A stretch of DNA of 64,000 nt from Candidatus Bathyarchaeota archaeon (GCA_963827165.1 CAWGZR010000005.1:576001-640000), one strand, 5' to 3'; counted from the stretch's first letter, positions 48,834-59,144 are shown. The notes: generated by a model from the sequence alone, not told the origin. Program-made: numbers and translations.

Positions 48834-50096
48834 ATGCTAACAGCAATGTCATCTCGGATAATTGTAATAATAGTTTTAGTATCATGCGCCATATTTTTTG
48901 CGCGCGTAAACAACTTGGACATGTTTGGTGTTTTAGATACACCAATAACTAAAGGAAAAGATGTATTTTCGGTATTCACTAGCTTATTTGTCAGGTGGGA
49001 TTCAGTATGGTACTTAAACATAGCTCAATCTGGTTATCCTCTTGGAATTGCAAAGCCTTTCGGTGGATTATTCCAATATTATACGCCAATAGCAGATCCT
49101 CAATGGGCGTTCTTTCCGTTATATCCAGCGGCAATGAGAGCTCTAGCAACATTAATAGTAGGGTTCAACAGCGTGAATACGCCATCCCTGATAGTTTCAG
49201 GTATAATAGTTAGTAACACCGCTTTTTTTGTAAGTATTTACTTTTTTTATAAATTGACCAACAAGCTTTTCAACTCCACCAAAACAGCTCTAATATCCAT
49301 AGCTTTTTACTCATTCTCGATAGCTACAGTTTTCTATTCAGCAGTCTACTCAGAAGCACTGTTTATGGCTTTAGCATTGGGTTCGTTCTATTACCTCGAA
49401 GAAAAAAGGTATTGTCCGGCAATAGTTTTAGGAGTGTTAGCGGCGTTCACAAGAAGTGACGGTTTTCTAGTGGCAGTACCCTTCTTTATCTATGGTCTGC
49501 AAATTAAAATACCTAAGATCTATGAGAAATGCAAATGTGGATGTGGAAAACTGTTTGAAATTCAACAAAGCTTCATCAAATTTCATCTGACAAACGTTAA
49601 ACTTTTGTTAGTGTCAGCAGTTGTAGCATCGCCATACTTAGTCTGGAATCTTGTAGGTTACTTTGTGGCAGGTGGAATATTTCCAATACAAGAGATTGCT
49701 AGGCGTGCCAATTGGGGCGCTTATCCGCCATTTATTAGTCAATTCTCGCTGTATCAAACATCCACATCATTCGACGAATTTCTTATAACGGCGTTAATTT
49801 TGATAGTTGCAATACCTACAATTTATTTCATGGTTAAAATAAGAAAAGTGTTCACTGCAGAATCAAACACTTTGAAATATTGGGCGCTTTATGCATCAAT
49901 AGCTTACATATTATTCACACAATCATTTGTTTTCAGTATAATACGCTATGCAATACCAATGTTGCCTATCTACTGGGTATCAGCTAAAATCTACACTAAA
50001 AATCGTGCAATTGGTTTGATACTTTTAGGACTAATGGTCTCTCTGTCTATAATAGGCACATATCTATTCGAAATTCAAAGTATTTACTTACTTTAG
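48834..50096 (+). CDS. PIG-V-like (GT-C) membrane mannosyltransferase, copy 1
   Basis: RWDSVWYLNIAQSGY, AFFPLYP, YSEALF, TRSDG, RY; multiple TMs. Confidence 0.85.
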   Translation: MLTAMSSRIIVIIVLVSCAIFFARVNNLDMFGVLDTPITKGKDVFSVFTSLFVRWDSVWYLNIAQSGYPLGIAKPFGGLFQYYTPIADPQWAFFPLYPAAMRALATLIVGFNSVNTPSLIVSGIIVSNTAFFVSIYFFYKLTNKLFNSTKTALISIAFYSFSIATVFYSAVYSEALFMALALGSFYYLEEKRYCPAIVLGVLAAFTRSDGFLVAVPFFIYGLQIKIPKIYEKCKCGCGKLFEIQQSFIKFHLTNVKLLLVSAVVASPYLVWNLVGYFVAGGIFPIQEIARRANWGAYPPFISQFSLYQTSTSFDEFLITALILIVAIPTIYFMVKIRKVFTAESNTLKYWALYASIAYILFTQSFVFSIIRYAIPMLPIYWVSAKIYTKNRAIGLILLGLMVSLSIIGTYLFEIQSIYLL

Positions 50097-50143
50097 CCAA
50101 AATGATAGGAGAACTATAAGAAACGAAAGACCTCAACAAATCA

Positions 50144-51427
50144 ATGCTAATTGCTTTAACATCAAGAGTATTAGTAATTTTAATCATGGTTTTCTGTGTA
50201 TCACATTTCACCATCGGTATGAACGAGTATGGTTTTGTTGGTACTTTTTATCGAGATGACGCATATTCTTACGTGTTGTTAGCTAAGAGTGGTTATCCAG
50301 TAGGGCAAAATATATCGACTGTGTCTCTTCAGTGGGCTTTCTTTCCATTGTTCCCAAAAGCAATAGAGGCTTTTGCTATACCGTTGTTGCCATTTTTTCC
50401 GTCGCCCAATACATCATTGACCGTATTATTGTGGGCAGGATTTTTTGTAGTGAACATATCATTTTTGGCAAGCGCTTATTTTCTCTTTAAACTTACAAAC
50501 AAAATTTTTAACTCATCAAAAATGGCGCTATTAACTGTCATGTTTTACTCGTTTTACGGTGCATCATCGTTTTTCTCATTAATAGAATCAGAAGCATTAT
50601 TCATGGCATTAACATTAGCAGCATTTTATTATCTTGAAGAAAACAAGCTTCTGCAAGCATCGGTTTTAGGTTTCTTAGCCTCACTTACACGAAGCGATGG
50701 ATTTTTAATCGCCATACCCTTCTTTATCTACGCATTCCAGACAAAAACAGTGCAGATAGTTAAACCTCAAAATTTCATTAGAAAACATTTTGAAAATTTC
50801 AAAGTATTTTTGGTTTCAGGTATAGTTGCATCCCCATATCTGTTATGGAATATTCTTGGTTATTTTATGTCTGATCACTTATTTCCAATAACGGCTATTG
50901 CATTGAATGATTGGGACAGACCAGCGGGATTGGTTTCTCAGTTAAAACATGTTTATTTCTGGTTTCCCGGTATCCATTTTAAAATATCTGATATCTCGTA
51001 CGTATGGTCAGCTCTTTGGTTTGAACCAAGTATCCATTTCGGGCTGTTTGATATAGTGTATATCGGAATAATGCTTTCTCCAATAATTTATTTTATCGTA
51101 ATAACAATTAGAACAGCACTGACAATAAGCTTCTTTAACACTGGAAATAAAACAATGAAGACGCTAGTTTCTGCCAACGTTAAACATGAATTTTTGAGCA
51201 CTGCGAAATATTGGGGTTACTATGCATCAATGCTTTACATAATATTTTATCAATCAGACCTTTGGAGTATATTTCGATACTCAATTCCTCTTCTTCCAAT
51301 CTACTGGCTTTCAGCTAAAATCTATGTTAAGAACCGTTACTTAGGTGGAATGATATTTATCCTCATGCTGTTGCTACTAGTTATCGGTTCGTATTTGTCA
51401 GCAACCAATGCTCTCGGCTATGATTAA
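50144..51427 (+). CDS. PIG-V-like membrane mannosyltransferase, copy 2
   Basis: RDDAYSYVLLAKSGY, WAFFPLFP, ESEALF, TRSDG; tandem paralog. Confidence 0.82.
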   Translation: MLIALTSRVLVILIMVFCVSHFTIGMNEYGFVGTFYRDDAYSYVLLAKSGYPVGQNISTVSLQWAFFPLFPKAIEAFAIPLLPFFPSPNTSLTVLLWAGFFVVNISFLASAYFLFKLTNKIFNSSKMALLTVMFYSFYGASSFFSLIESEALFMALTLAAFYYLEENKLLQASVLGFLASLTRSDGFLIAIPFFIYAFQTKTVQIVKPQNFIRKHFENFKVFLVSGIVASPYLLWNILGYFMSDHLFPITAIALNDWDRPAGLVSQLKHVYFWFPGIHFKISDISYVWSALWFEPSIHFGLFDIVYIGIMLSPIIYFIVITIRTALTISFFNTGNKTMKTLVSANVKHEFLSTAKYWGYYASMLYIIFYQSDLWSIFRYSIPLLPIYWLSAKIYVKNRYLGGMIFILMLLLLVIGSYLSATNALGYD

Positions 51428-51447
51428 ACAAATTAAAACAGAAGTTC

Positions 51448-51846
51448 TTATTGCTCCTTTTGCGATAAAGGCATAATTGTAACTTGTGTTGGTCTGTATT
51501 TTTGGCACTGACAATTTTGAAATTGGTGCCCTTTTTCGCAGCTTAGGTAAGTTTTGTCATGATAGCTTCTGGGATGCCCACATTTGCATTCTTGCGAATC
51601 AGTGAGCACAAGCATAGAGGGGTCGAATATTGTGTCGCAATTTTGGCATTTATCTCCCTTTTCGCCTGTTTTGGCGTCTATAACCATGTCGGTGATTATT
51701 GACCAGTATCCGCATAATGGGCAATAACCATTGGATTCTTTGCCAAGCTTGATTGCACGCATTAGATCATGAGATTCAGTTGGGTATTTGGTTTTTTCAA
51801 AGAAAACATCAACCGTCATCCCTTTTGTAATCAAATTCCACCGCAT
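51448..51846 (-). CDS. Cys/His-rich zinc-binding hypothetical protein
   Basis: CPLCG, CQNC, CKCGH...H, C...CQC. Confidence 0.6.
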   Translation of the reverse strand: MRWNLITKGMTVDVFFEKTKYPTESHDLMRAIKLGKESNGYCPLCGYWSIITDMVIDAKTGEKGDKCQNCDTIFDPSMLVLTDSQECKCGHPRSYHDKTYLSCEKGHQFQNCQCQKYRPTQVTIMPLSQKEQ

Positions 51847-52334
51847 AGGTGTTAGCGATTGTTTCTATTAATTCTTTTCATGAGTAGCAAAATAATGCTG
51901 CAATGTGGAAGCGCGTCGATTCAACCAAAAATTTTCTCTTTTTCTTTATTCATACTTGGCTAAGAAACAAAAAGAGACCAAACATGGAACAAAAATCGTT
52001 AACTGTTCTCCTTCTCGAAGCGAAACGATAAAATCCCGTTCAGGAGCTGATTCGTATCGCCCGCTTGCGAATTCTATTGTATAACTCCCAGCAGCATTCG
52101 TCATCCACGCCGCTTTGCTGCGTTGTTTTCGTTGTTGCTGGCCGAAACAAGTAGAGTAACAATGTTGGTTAATTGTGTCTGCTTCTTAAACCCTGATGCT
52201 AGAGTGGACCAGCGTCTTCAGCTTGGCAAAAAATAAGTAGAACCTAGCCCCGCCTCTCTTGCGCCCCAAAGGGGTTTACAAATAAAAAGGGATTTTTTGG
52301 GATTGAACATGTTTTCTATGCCAATTGACTGCTA

Positions 52335-53735
52335 CTAAAACTTCCACCATTTCCAAAACCGGTTCCAATACCAAAATGGCTGCTTCGGATTAGGATGTCC
52401 CGGAACCTGAGTTGGTGCCGGTGGATGTTTGTAAGTTGAAGTTGGCGTTGATGTTGAAGTGGAAGTCGGCGTTGGGGTGTGTGTTGGAGTAGGTGTCGGA
52501 CTGTGTGATGGAGTTGGCGATGCAGTCGGTTTAGGCGTTGTGGTAGGTGTTGGACTTGGGGTAACTGTTGGGGTGGGAGTTCGGGTTGGTGTTGGGGTTG
52601 CTGTAGGTGTTGGAGTTGCACTTGGCGTCGGTGTGGCAGATCCCTCTTCATACGTTGCGGTCATTGTTGTTGAACTAGAAATGAATAATTGATATCCTGA
52701 TTGTCCAGCTCCAGTACTCCAAGACTCGAAAACATACGGCAATCCGTTTATTGCACATGGAGAAATAGCCTTAAGATAATACAACGAATTTAACTGTATT
52801 TCAAAAGTGTGCGGTGTAGTGACTGTACTCCCATTAAAATCTATCTGTGCCCCTTCAGGAGACGACTCAAAAGTGACGGCATCAACACCAGAAGAAGGCG
52901 TCGGTGTTGGAGTAGATGTAGGAGTTGGCGTTGGGGTAGCAGTTGGAGTGGGAGTTGGAGTCGGTGTTGGAATGGATGAGGGGCTTGGAGTTGGGGTAGC
53001 TGTCGGAGTTGGGGAAGGAGTAGAGATTGGGGTAGAAGTGGGATAAGGACTGGGTAAGGGACTTGGAGTCGGAGACGCGCTAGGAGTGGGTGATGGAGTC
53101 GGAGATGATGTGGGAGTAGGTGAAGCGATTGCTCCATACTGTGCGCCTACAACAATTGTTCCAGGTACCGGATTCCCTGATGTGAGTGAACCGACAGTCT
53201 CGGGCGCATCAAGATAAGCAACTCCTGTACCGCTTGGTTGAAATGAAATTGCTGTGGAGCCGGAGGTGAGCACCTGGAAGGTTATAGTGGCAGTCACTGA
53301 CCCGGAAGAGCTGTCAGCGGTTGCAAACTGGTTGCCTGTGTTGAAAGCAGTCTGACCGATTGTCAATTGTCCGCTTGTGACCTTGTTTGACAAATCACCA
53401 AAGTTTTGCTGATCAGGCAGCCAACTGCCATCTGTGTAGCTTACGTATTCAAGCACTATTGGATCCCAAGTTACTGTATAGCTACATTCGCTTAGGCCGT
53501 TTTGGGTGCCGCCTATATTCACGCTCGCGTAGTCGTCTACTCGAACATCCACAGAAAAAGTTGTGCCAGTCGCCTGAGTTGAAAGCATAGTGATGCTGGT
53601 AGCCCCCGGATCGCCTGTTGGAACGATACTTAAAATTGGATCAGTTGCCGCATTGATAAAGTGCGTCATTACTGAAAAAACAGAAATTGCAAAGATACAG
53701 ACCAGGACCAAACAAATAATTTTCTTATGTTTCAT
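52335..53735 (-). CDS. Secreted cohesin-domain protein with Pro/Thr linkers (scaffoldin-like)
   Basis: Signal peptide; TFSVDVRV...TWDPIVLEY..DGSWL...GSVTATITFQV..GSTAISF cohesin pattern; PT repeats; PEGA-like domain; Trp-rich tail. Confidence 0.8.
   Translation of the reverse strand: MKHKKIICLVLVCIFAISVFSVMTHFINAATDPILSIVPTGDPGATSITMLSTQATGTTFSVDVRVDDYASVNIGGTQNGLSECSYTVTWDPIVLEYVSYTDGSWLPDQQNFGDLSNKVTSGQLTIGQTAFNTGNQFATADSSSGSVTATITFQVLTSGSTAISFQPSGTGVAYLDAPETVGSLTSGNPVPGTIVVGAQYGAIASPTPTSSPTPSPTPSASPTPSPLPSPYPTSTPISTPSPTPTATPTPSPSSIPTPTPTPTPTATPTPTPTSTPTPTPSSGVDAVTFESSPEGAQIDFNGSTVTTPHTFEIQLNSLYYLKAISPCAINGLPYVFESWSTGAGQSGYQLFISSSTTMTATYEEGSATPTPSATPTPTATPTPTRTPTPTVTPSPTPTTTPKPTASPTPSHSPTPTPTHTPTPTSTSTSTPTSTYKHPPAPTQVPGHPNPKQPFWYWNRFWKWWKF
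52435..53125 (-). repeat. Two Pro-Thr/Ser dipeptide repeat tracts (about 52435-52640 and 52895-53125)
   Basis: 6-bp-period GGNGTN pattern on the + strand encoding (PT)n. Confidence 0.85.
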
Positions 53736-54275
53736 TTTATTCCGCCTTCAAAAAAGTTAGCGCTTTTCGCAGTCAAATGGTGGGAAACAGTCCTAACAGG
53801 CTGTTTGTGTAACAAGATTAGCATTCTCCTTTTGGTTAACTGCTGATGGGTTGTTAATTATTCTACCTTCGCCAAATAGATTATAGAGTAAATATAGTTT
53901 TTTTTAAAATATATAAAAATGGTTGTTGCACATTGTTTCGATTTGGATCGAAAATTTTGCCTGGAGATTTTTGTAAGCGCCCACTCGATCAAGCCTATTC
54001 TTTGCGCGAGACAACATTTCTGCTCCGTTGGATCTGGTTTCAATGATTCTCTGGAGTTTTTCCCGCCCCGTGTACGTGGTATCAGACACACGCAAGGTCT
54101 TCTAAAGTTTTACCCTTACGGAAAGAAAAAACTTGTTCGGTTTTGTCTTATCCTCAAAACCTAAAGAAAACATAAATAATTTCTTGTTTGACTTATCCTA
54201 TGGCCCAATCTTCGGAAGGTTCTTCTCGAGAAGAATTGTTTGGGCTGCTTCTAAACAGTGGGCGATGAAATCTTA

Positions 54276-54311
54276 TAGTGGGCCGTTTTCTATGTCGAAA
54301 GATATTTTATA
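54276..54311 (+). promoter_or_regulatory. Conserved promoter element, copy 2
   Basis: TAGTGGGCCGTTTTCTATGTCGAAAGATATTTTATA, about 40 bp upstream of the ATG, as in copy 1. Confidence 0.75.
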
Positions 54312-54351
54312 CTTTATTGATGAAGTTCTAACTTGTCAGAGAAGATAGTAA

Positions 54352-56544
54352 ATGAAGAAGAAATTAGTTTCTAGTTTGTTTTTGGCGATCCTCTTAGTCA
54401 GCTTGGCATGTTCTGTTCTCGATGGAACTTTCAATGCAGCCCTGGGGGACAATTCGAGCGGCAACGCAAGTGGCGAATCGAACTCTTGGCCTATGTTCCA
54501 TAATGATGCTACGCATTCAGGCTACTCCACTTCAACAGGTCCATTGACAAACCAGACCCTCTGGAGTCGCCAAGAAGACCCCTTCCCAGTAGACTCCTCT
54601 CCCGCTGTTGCCAGTGGTGTAGTATACGTGGGCTCTCAAGACGGTAACGTCTATGCCTTTAACGCTTCTGCAGGCGGCACATTATGGAGTAACGAACTAG
54701 GATCGGCCGTCGAATCATCTCCTGCGGTGGTTGGTGGCGTGCTATATGTTGGTTCTTCAGGTGGCAGTGTTTTTGCGTTAAATGCTTTCAATGGAGCCAT
54801 ATTGTGGAGCTACCAAACCGGAGGCGAAGTTATTTCGTCGCCCACTGTTGTAGGCGGTTTAGTCTACATAGGATCGGCAGACGGCAACGTTTATGCCTTA
54901 AACATTACAAACGGCGCCAAAATATGGAGTTCCCCCATTAGTGCCCCTCTTGGCAGCGGTGACCTAATAAATGCTGCCTACTATGGATCTTCGCCTGCGG
55001 TTGCCAACGGAGCAGTTTACATAGGCTCAAATGATGGTACCGTTTATTCTTTAAACGCAACCACCGGCGCAAAAATCTGGAACTACAACACTAACATGGA
55101 AGTAGGAAATCAACTCACCACATACTCTGTTGAATCATCTCCCACTGATGTCAACGGTGTGGTTTACGTAGGCTCTGATAATGGCAATGTTTACGCTTTG
55201 AACGCTACCAATGGCGGGAAGCTCTGGAGCTACACCGCAGACAGCGGTTTTACGTCGTGTCCTGCTATTGCCAACGGAGTCGTTTACATAGGCTCTGATG
55301 ACCATGACGTTTATGCTTTGAATGCAACCAATGGCGTCTCACTTTGGTGCTCCTATACAGGAGGTATTAGTTCGTCGCCTGCTGTCGCCAATGGCATAGT
55401 CTACGTTGGCTCGATGGACTTCAATGTTTATGCTTTAAACGCAACCAACGGCTGCCAGCTTTGGAGTTACACTTCTAACCGTCCCATTGATTCATCCCCT
55501 GCGGTCGTCAACGGCGCAGTCTACATTGGATCGGATGGAGGGACAGTATACGCTTTTGGTTCGTTGGGTGGTTCTTCTCCTCCATCTCCGGTTGTTTCAA
55601 ATATAGCTATTTCGCCGTCGGATGCTACTGTATCGTCCGGGGGCGTTGTTAACTATGCTGCTACCGTCTTTTACTCAAACGGAGACAGTACTATAGCCCC
55701 TCCTTCAGCAACATGGTCAATTGACAGTGGCGCCGGCGGTTTTTGGTCGGAAGAAGGTTTTGGAGAATCTTATACCTCTGCTAACGCTGGAGCGTGGACG
55801 GTTACTATTTCATTTGGCGGGGTGTACGCATCGACAGAACTTACAGTAAGCAAATCCACCGTAAAACCAACATTAAGTGTTGTTCTGTCAGGTACTCAAG
55901 ATCGAAACATTATTGTTGACAACGGGACTCTGTTCAGTGCGGATATCAGGGTAGATAATGCAACCGACCTTTCTGGTTGGAGCTCTGGTTTAAAGTGGAA
56001 TCCTTCTTTGCTTCAATTAGTCAGCATCAATGAAGGACCTTTTTTAAAAGATGTTTATCCCACTCTTTTCTTGGCTCCCAACAATAACCCATTTAATGAT
56101 GAAAAGGGTATCCTCCCACAAATTAATGATATCGTGCTTGGTTACAGCGACGTGTCTGGCTCTGGGGTTCTGGCAACACTTGTTTTCCGAGCAATTGGTA
56201 TTGGCAACGGCACAATAGGCTTAGCAAACATTGAGGGTGATCAAGAACTAACAGGGTCGCCCCCTACTAATCCCGAGATGAGTTATCCATTGATTCCATT
56301 TGCAATATCTAACTGCTCCATTTCTGTCCAATCGCAGTATCCAAACATTGACTTTTATCATACAGGTACAGTCAATTTCAATGATATTTTGTATTTTGTC
56401 AGTGCTTACATTCAGTACAACGAGGACGGCATTCTTAACCCGGCATGCGACTTTTGTCATAACGGGGTACTAAACTTTAACGACATCGTTCTTTTCGCAG
56501 CTGCCTACCAGTACTATGGAAGCCAAACAGCTTCTAGCGCATAG
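54352..56544 (+). CDS. Secreted PQQ-like beta-propeller + Ig-like + cohesin + dockerin protein
   Basis: WPMFHND and propeller repeats; FSADIRV..DLSGWSSGLKWNPSLLQL..EGPFL...SGSGVLATLVF (cohesin); DFYHTGTVNFND...DFCHNGVLNFND (dockerin). Confidence 0.87.
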   Translation: MKKKLVSSLFLAILLVSLACSVLDGTFNAALGDNSSGNASGESNSWPMFHNDATHSGYSTSTGPLTNQTLWSRQEDPFPVDSSPAVASGVVYVGSQDGNVYAFNASAGGTLWSNELGSAVESSPAVVGGVLYVGSSGGSVFALNAFNGAILWSYQTGGEVISSPTVVGGLVYIGSADGNVYALNITNGAKIWSSPISAPLGSGDLINAAYYGSSPAVANGAVYIGSNDGTVYSLNATTGAKIWNYNTNMEVGNQLTTYSVESSPTDVNGVVYVGSDNGNVYALNATNGGKLWSYTADSGFTSCPAIANGVVYIGSDDHDVYALNATNGVSLWCSYTGGISSSPAVANGIVYVGSMDFNVYALNATNGCQLWSYTSNRPIDSSPAVVNGAVYIGSDGGTVYAFGSLGGSSPPSPVVSNIAISPSDATVSSGGVVNYAATVFYSNGDSTIAPPSATWSIDSGAGGFWSEEGFGESYTSANAGAWTVTISFGGVYASTELTVSKSTVKPTLSVVLSGTQDRNIIVDNGTLFSADIRVDNATDLSGWSSGLKWNPSLLQLVSINEGPFLKDVYPTLFLAPNNNPFNDEKGILPQINDIVLGYSDVSGSGVLATLVFRAIGIGNGTIGLANIEGDQELTGSPPTNPEMSYPLIPFAISNCSISVQSQYPNIDFYHTGTVNFNDILYFVSAYIQYNEDGILNPACDFCHNGVLNFNDIVLFAAAYQYYGSQTASSA

Positions 56545-56733
56545 CCTTTCCGTTATATCTTATGGCAGCGATCTGTGGAAGGCCTTTGTCCCTTCAATGC
56601 GTATCTTACTCTAAGAACATGCAAAACAAGTCTAAATAGAGCGTGTAGTTTTGTTTGTTTCAATGTTTTCTATAACGATAGACGTTAAATAGAACTTCCC
56701 ATTCCCATTTTTTATTCTTTTAGGAAGGAAAAA

Positions 56734-58944
56734 ATGAATAGCCTGATAAAGAAAGGCATAAGCCTCATAGCAGTGGTGTTAATTTCGTTTTTGGGTTTAT
56801 CATTCATTGAAACAGCACATCCTTCAAACCTTTCAGATAATTCTTCACTGATAGGGAATCTAGAAACAGTCGTTAACTCAGTTAATTACGCCAGCGACAT
56901 AAATGCTGTATATCAAGGAATGATTGTTGAGAAAACATCAATGCAACAATTGATAAACGCATACAATGCATTAATGAACCCTATAACTATTCTTCAGTGG
57001 ACTCCTATTCTTTCAAAACTTGGTTATGCTAACCAAACAACCATAAAATGGGCGCTAGACGCCCAGCAAATGATGAGCGATGGATTGCCAAATACAGGCG
57101 CAGATAGTTTGAGTGGTTCTTCAAAGGCATTCCTTGTTTATGATAGATTTTTGATAATTGCTTATGGTTATGCTATCCAATACAACTATGACTTAGCCAA
57201 GTGGAATTTAACACAAGCCTACAACAGCTTTAAAGCGTCAGTAAATTCAGCTACTTATCCAGCGCTTCTTTGGGTAGACCAAGACGGCATTGCACAGTCT
57301 ATATCCTATGGACCAAGATATTATGATGAATGTGGAGAGACCATAGACTGTTTCTTAGACTTCTATAGTTTGGGGATAACTACTGCACTTAAGGATGCTT
57401 TAACTACTTGGCTTTGGACAAACAACAACCTTTGGACTGGAACAAATTACAACTACGCCCTGAACTGGGCAGGTTACGAATGCGAAGCAGGAGGTTTCTT
57501 GCAAATCGGGTTGAAACTGTGGCATGATGACAGTTCATTGCCCGACACAAAAAACTTACTGATTGATCTTGAAAACAGGTTTCTTGTTGAACAATTTTTC
57601 AGTCCGCAATGGTTGAATGGCGTAGTTTGCCATATGGCTGTTTATAATCCTGAACTCAGGCTGGAAAACACGGTTATGGCTTGGGCATCGATACTTGGAA
57701 GCTACGGAGAGTTAAACAGCACATACCAAACTGACGTACAAGACATGCTAACAGGAGCGGGAGAAACAACAACTCCGGCATGGTCACAGCTTCTGCAAAG
57801 CGGTCTTTGCGGCTCCAATTTCCCAGGTTTCCAAGAGAATTCGGATTCCGAACCAAGCAACGACGCTACGGCCACAGGAGCAGACTTACTATTTATGCTT
57901 GGAATCGTTCCCCAAACCGCAGCGCTTGCTGTTCCTATAGAAGAAAATTCGTATGAGTACATTTATAATATACTTGACCCAAACTTGTTTAACATAAACC
58001 TGACAACAAATGTCGTCACGATATCTTTAGCTACGGCAGGAACTTTGAACTTTCAATTCAATCAGACAGTAACAGGCAGTTTCAGTGAGTCTGGAATTTA
58101 TGCAGTGAAATTCTCACCTAATTGGAATGCAATTCTGAACATTAATTTCGTATCTAATTTGCCCTCAAATAGGCAGTACACTTGCACAGCGCCTCCTTCA
58201 TATTATATAACTTCTTCTGCCGATTCAAATTCAGTCATTTCTCCTTTAGGCGATGTCATGGTGGATTCAAATTCAACCGAGGCTTTCACGTATTCAGCGG
58301 ATAGTGGTTGCACATTAGCCACTGTTATTGTGGATGGTTCTTCTGTTCCAATAATAGGCAGCTACACTTTCAGCAATATTCAAGCAAACCATACTATCTC
58401 AGTGACAAGTACAGTTAATAGCGCTGTGGATCCACTTCAAATCATTAACGTTCAACTACCATCAAAAGCAATTCAAAAAAGCTTCATGGTCCCAATTAAT
58501 ATAACAATAACTAATCCAGACTCAACATTAGAAACAGCGAATATCCAGGTGTCGACAAACTCGACAATGGTCTTTAGTACCACTGTCACTTTAAGTGCCT
58601 TGCAAACAGAAGTTGTCGCATGCTACTTTAACAGCAGCGTTTTGGCCATCGGAAACTATGCGAGCACAGTTACATTGACCACAACCAGCCTGCCCGCGCC
58701 GAACACAGAAACTTCAACCGGGCAGTTCGGGGTAACTTATTTGGGCGACGTGAACGGAGACTTTACTGTTAATTTCAATGACATAGTCACTTTTGTTGCT
58801 GACTACATTTCCTACAGCACTAACGGTATCTATTATCCAGCGATTGACTATTGCCATACCGGCACAATTAACTTCAATGACTTAGTGCTATTCGTTGCAT
58901 ACTACCAAGCTTACTACATGTTTGGCGGGGAAGGAGACAGCTAA
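56734..58944 (+). CDS. Secreted protein: helical, possibly glycosidase-like domain + Ig-like domains + dockerin
   Basis: Signal peptide; Trp/Tyr-rich helical region with RYYDE; C-terminal GDVNGDFTVNFND...DYCHTGTINFND. Confidence 0.82.
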   Translation: MNSLIKKGISLIAVVLISFLGLSFIETAHPSNLSDNSSLIGNLETVVNSVNYASDINAVYQGMIVEKTSMQQLINAYNALMNPITILQWTPILSKLGYANQTTIKWALDAQQMMSDGLPNTGADSLSGSSKAFLVYDRFLIIAYGYAIQYNYDLAKWNLTQAYNSFKASVNSATYPALLWVDQDGIAQSISYGPRYYDECGETIDCFLDFYSLGITTALKDALTTWLWTNNNLWTGTNYNYALNWAGYECEAGGFLQIGLKLWHDDSSLPDTKNLLIDLENRFLVEQFFSPQWLNGVVCHMAVYNPELRLENTVMAWASILGSYGELNSTYQTDVQDMLTGAGETTTPAWSQLLQSGLCGSNFPGFQENSDSEPSNDATATGADLLFMLGIVPQTAALAVPIEENSYEYIYNILDPNLFNINLTTNVVTISLATAGTLNFQFNQTVTGSFSESGIYAVKFSPNWNAILNINFVSNLPSNRQYTCTAPPSYYITSSADSNSVISPLGDVMVDSNSTEAFTYSADSGCTLATVIVDGSSVPIIGSYTFSNIQANHTISVTSTVNSAVDPLQIINVQLPSKAIQKSFMVPINITITNPDSTLETANIQVSTNSTMVFSTTVTLSALQTEVVACYFNSSVLAIGNYASTVTLTTTSLPAPNTETSTGQFGVTYLGDVNGDFTVNFNDIVTFVADYISYSTNGIYYPAIDYCHTGTINFNDLVLFVAYYQAYYMFGGEGDS

Positions 58945-59144
58945 AACACTTAGACGCTCTTTATTCGCGCTTATTTTCAAATCAAATATAATCTCCTCTT
59001 AGATAGCTCAGTGGTAATTTTGGATGCCCCCTAAACTGACAGCGCTAAATAGAGCCAATAGAGACCGATTGTTTTACCGATTTCTATGGTGAAAAGTATC
59101 CAATACTACAGAATGTTAGACCCGAGCAAAGGAAAGGAGAAAAA

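Noticed and set aside
51900-52280. Possible ncRNA in the intergenic region
   Set aside because: Only short imperfect stems; no recognisable RNA family signature
52316-53137. Gln/Leu-rich and Val-Gly repeat ORFs
   Set aside because: Alternative frames of the Pro-Thr linkers
53858-54348. Four short overlapping ORFs in the divergent intergenic region
   Set aside because: Mutually overlapping, no motifs, and they overlap the promoter element
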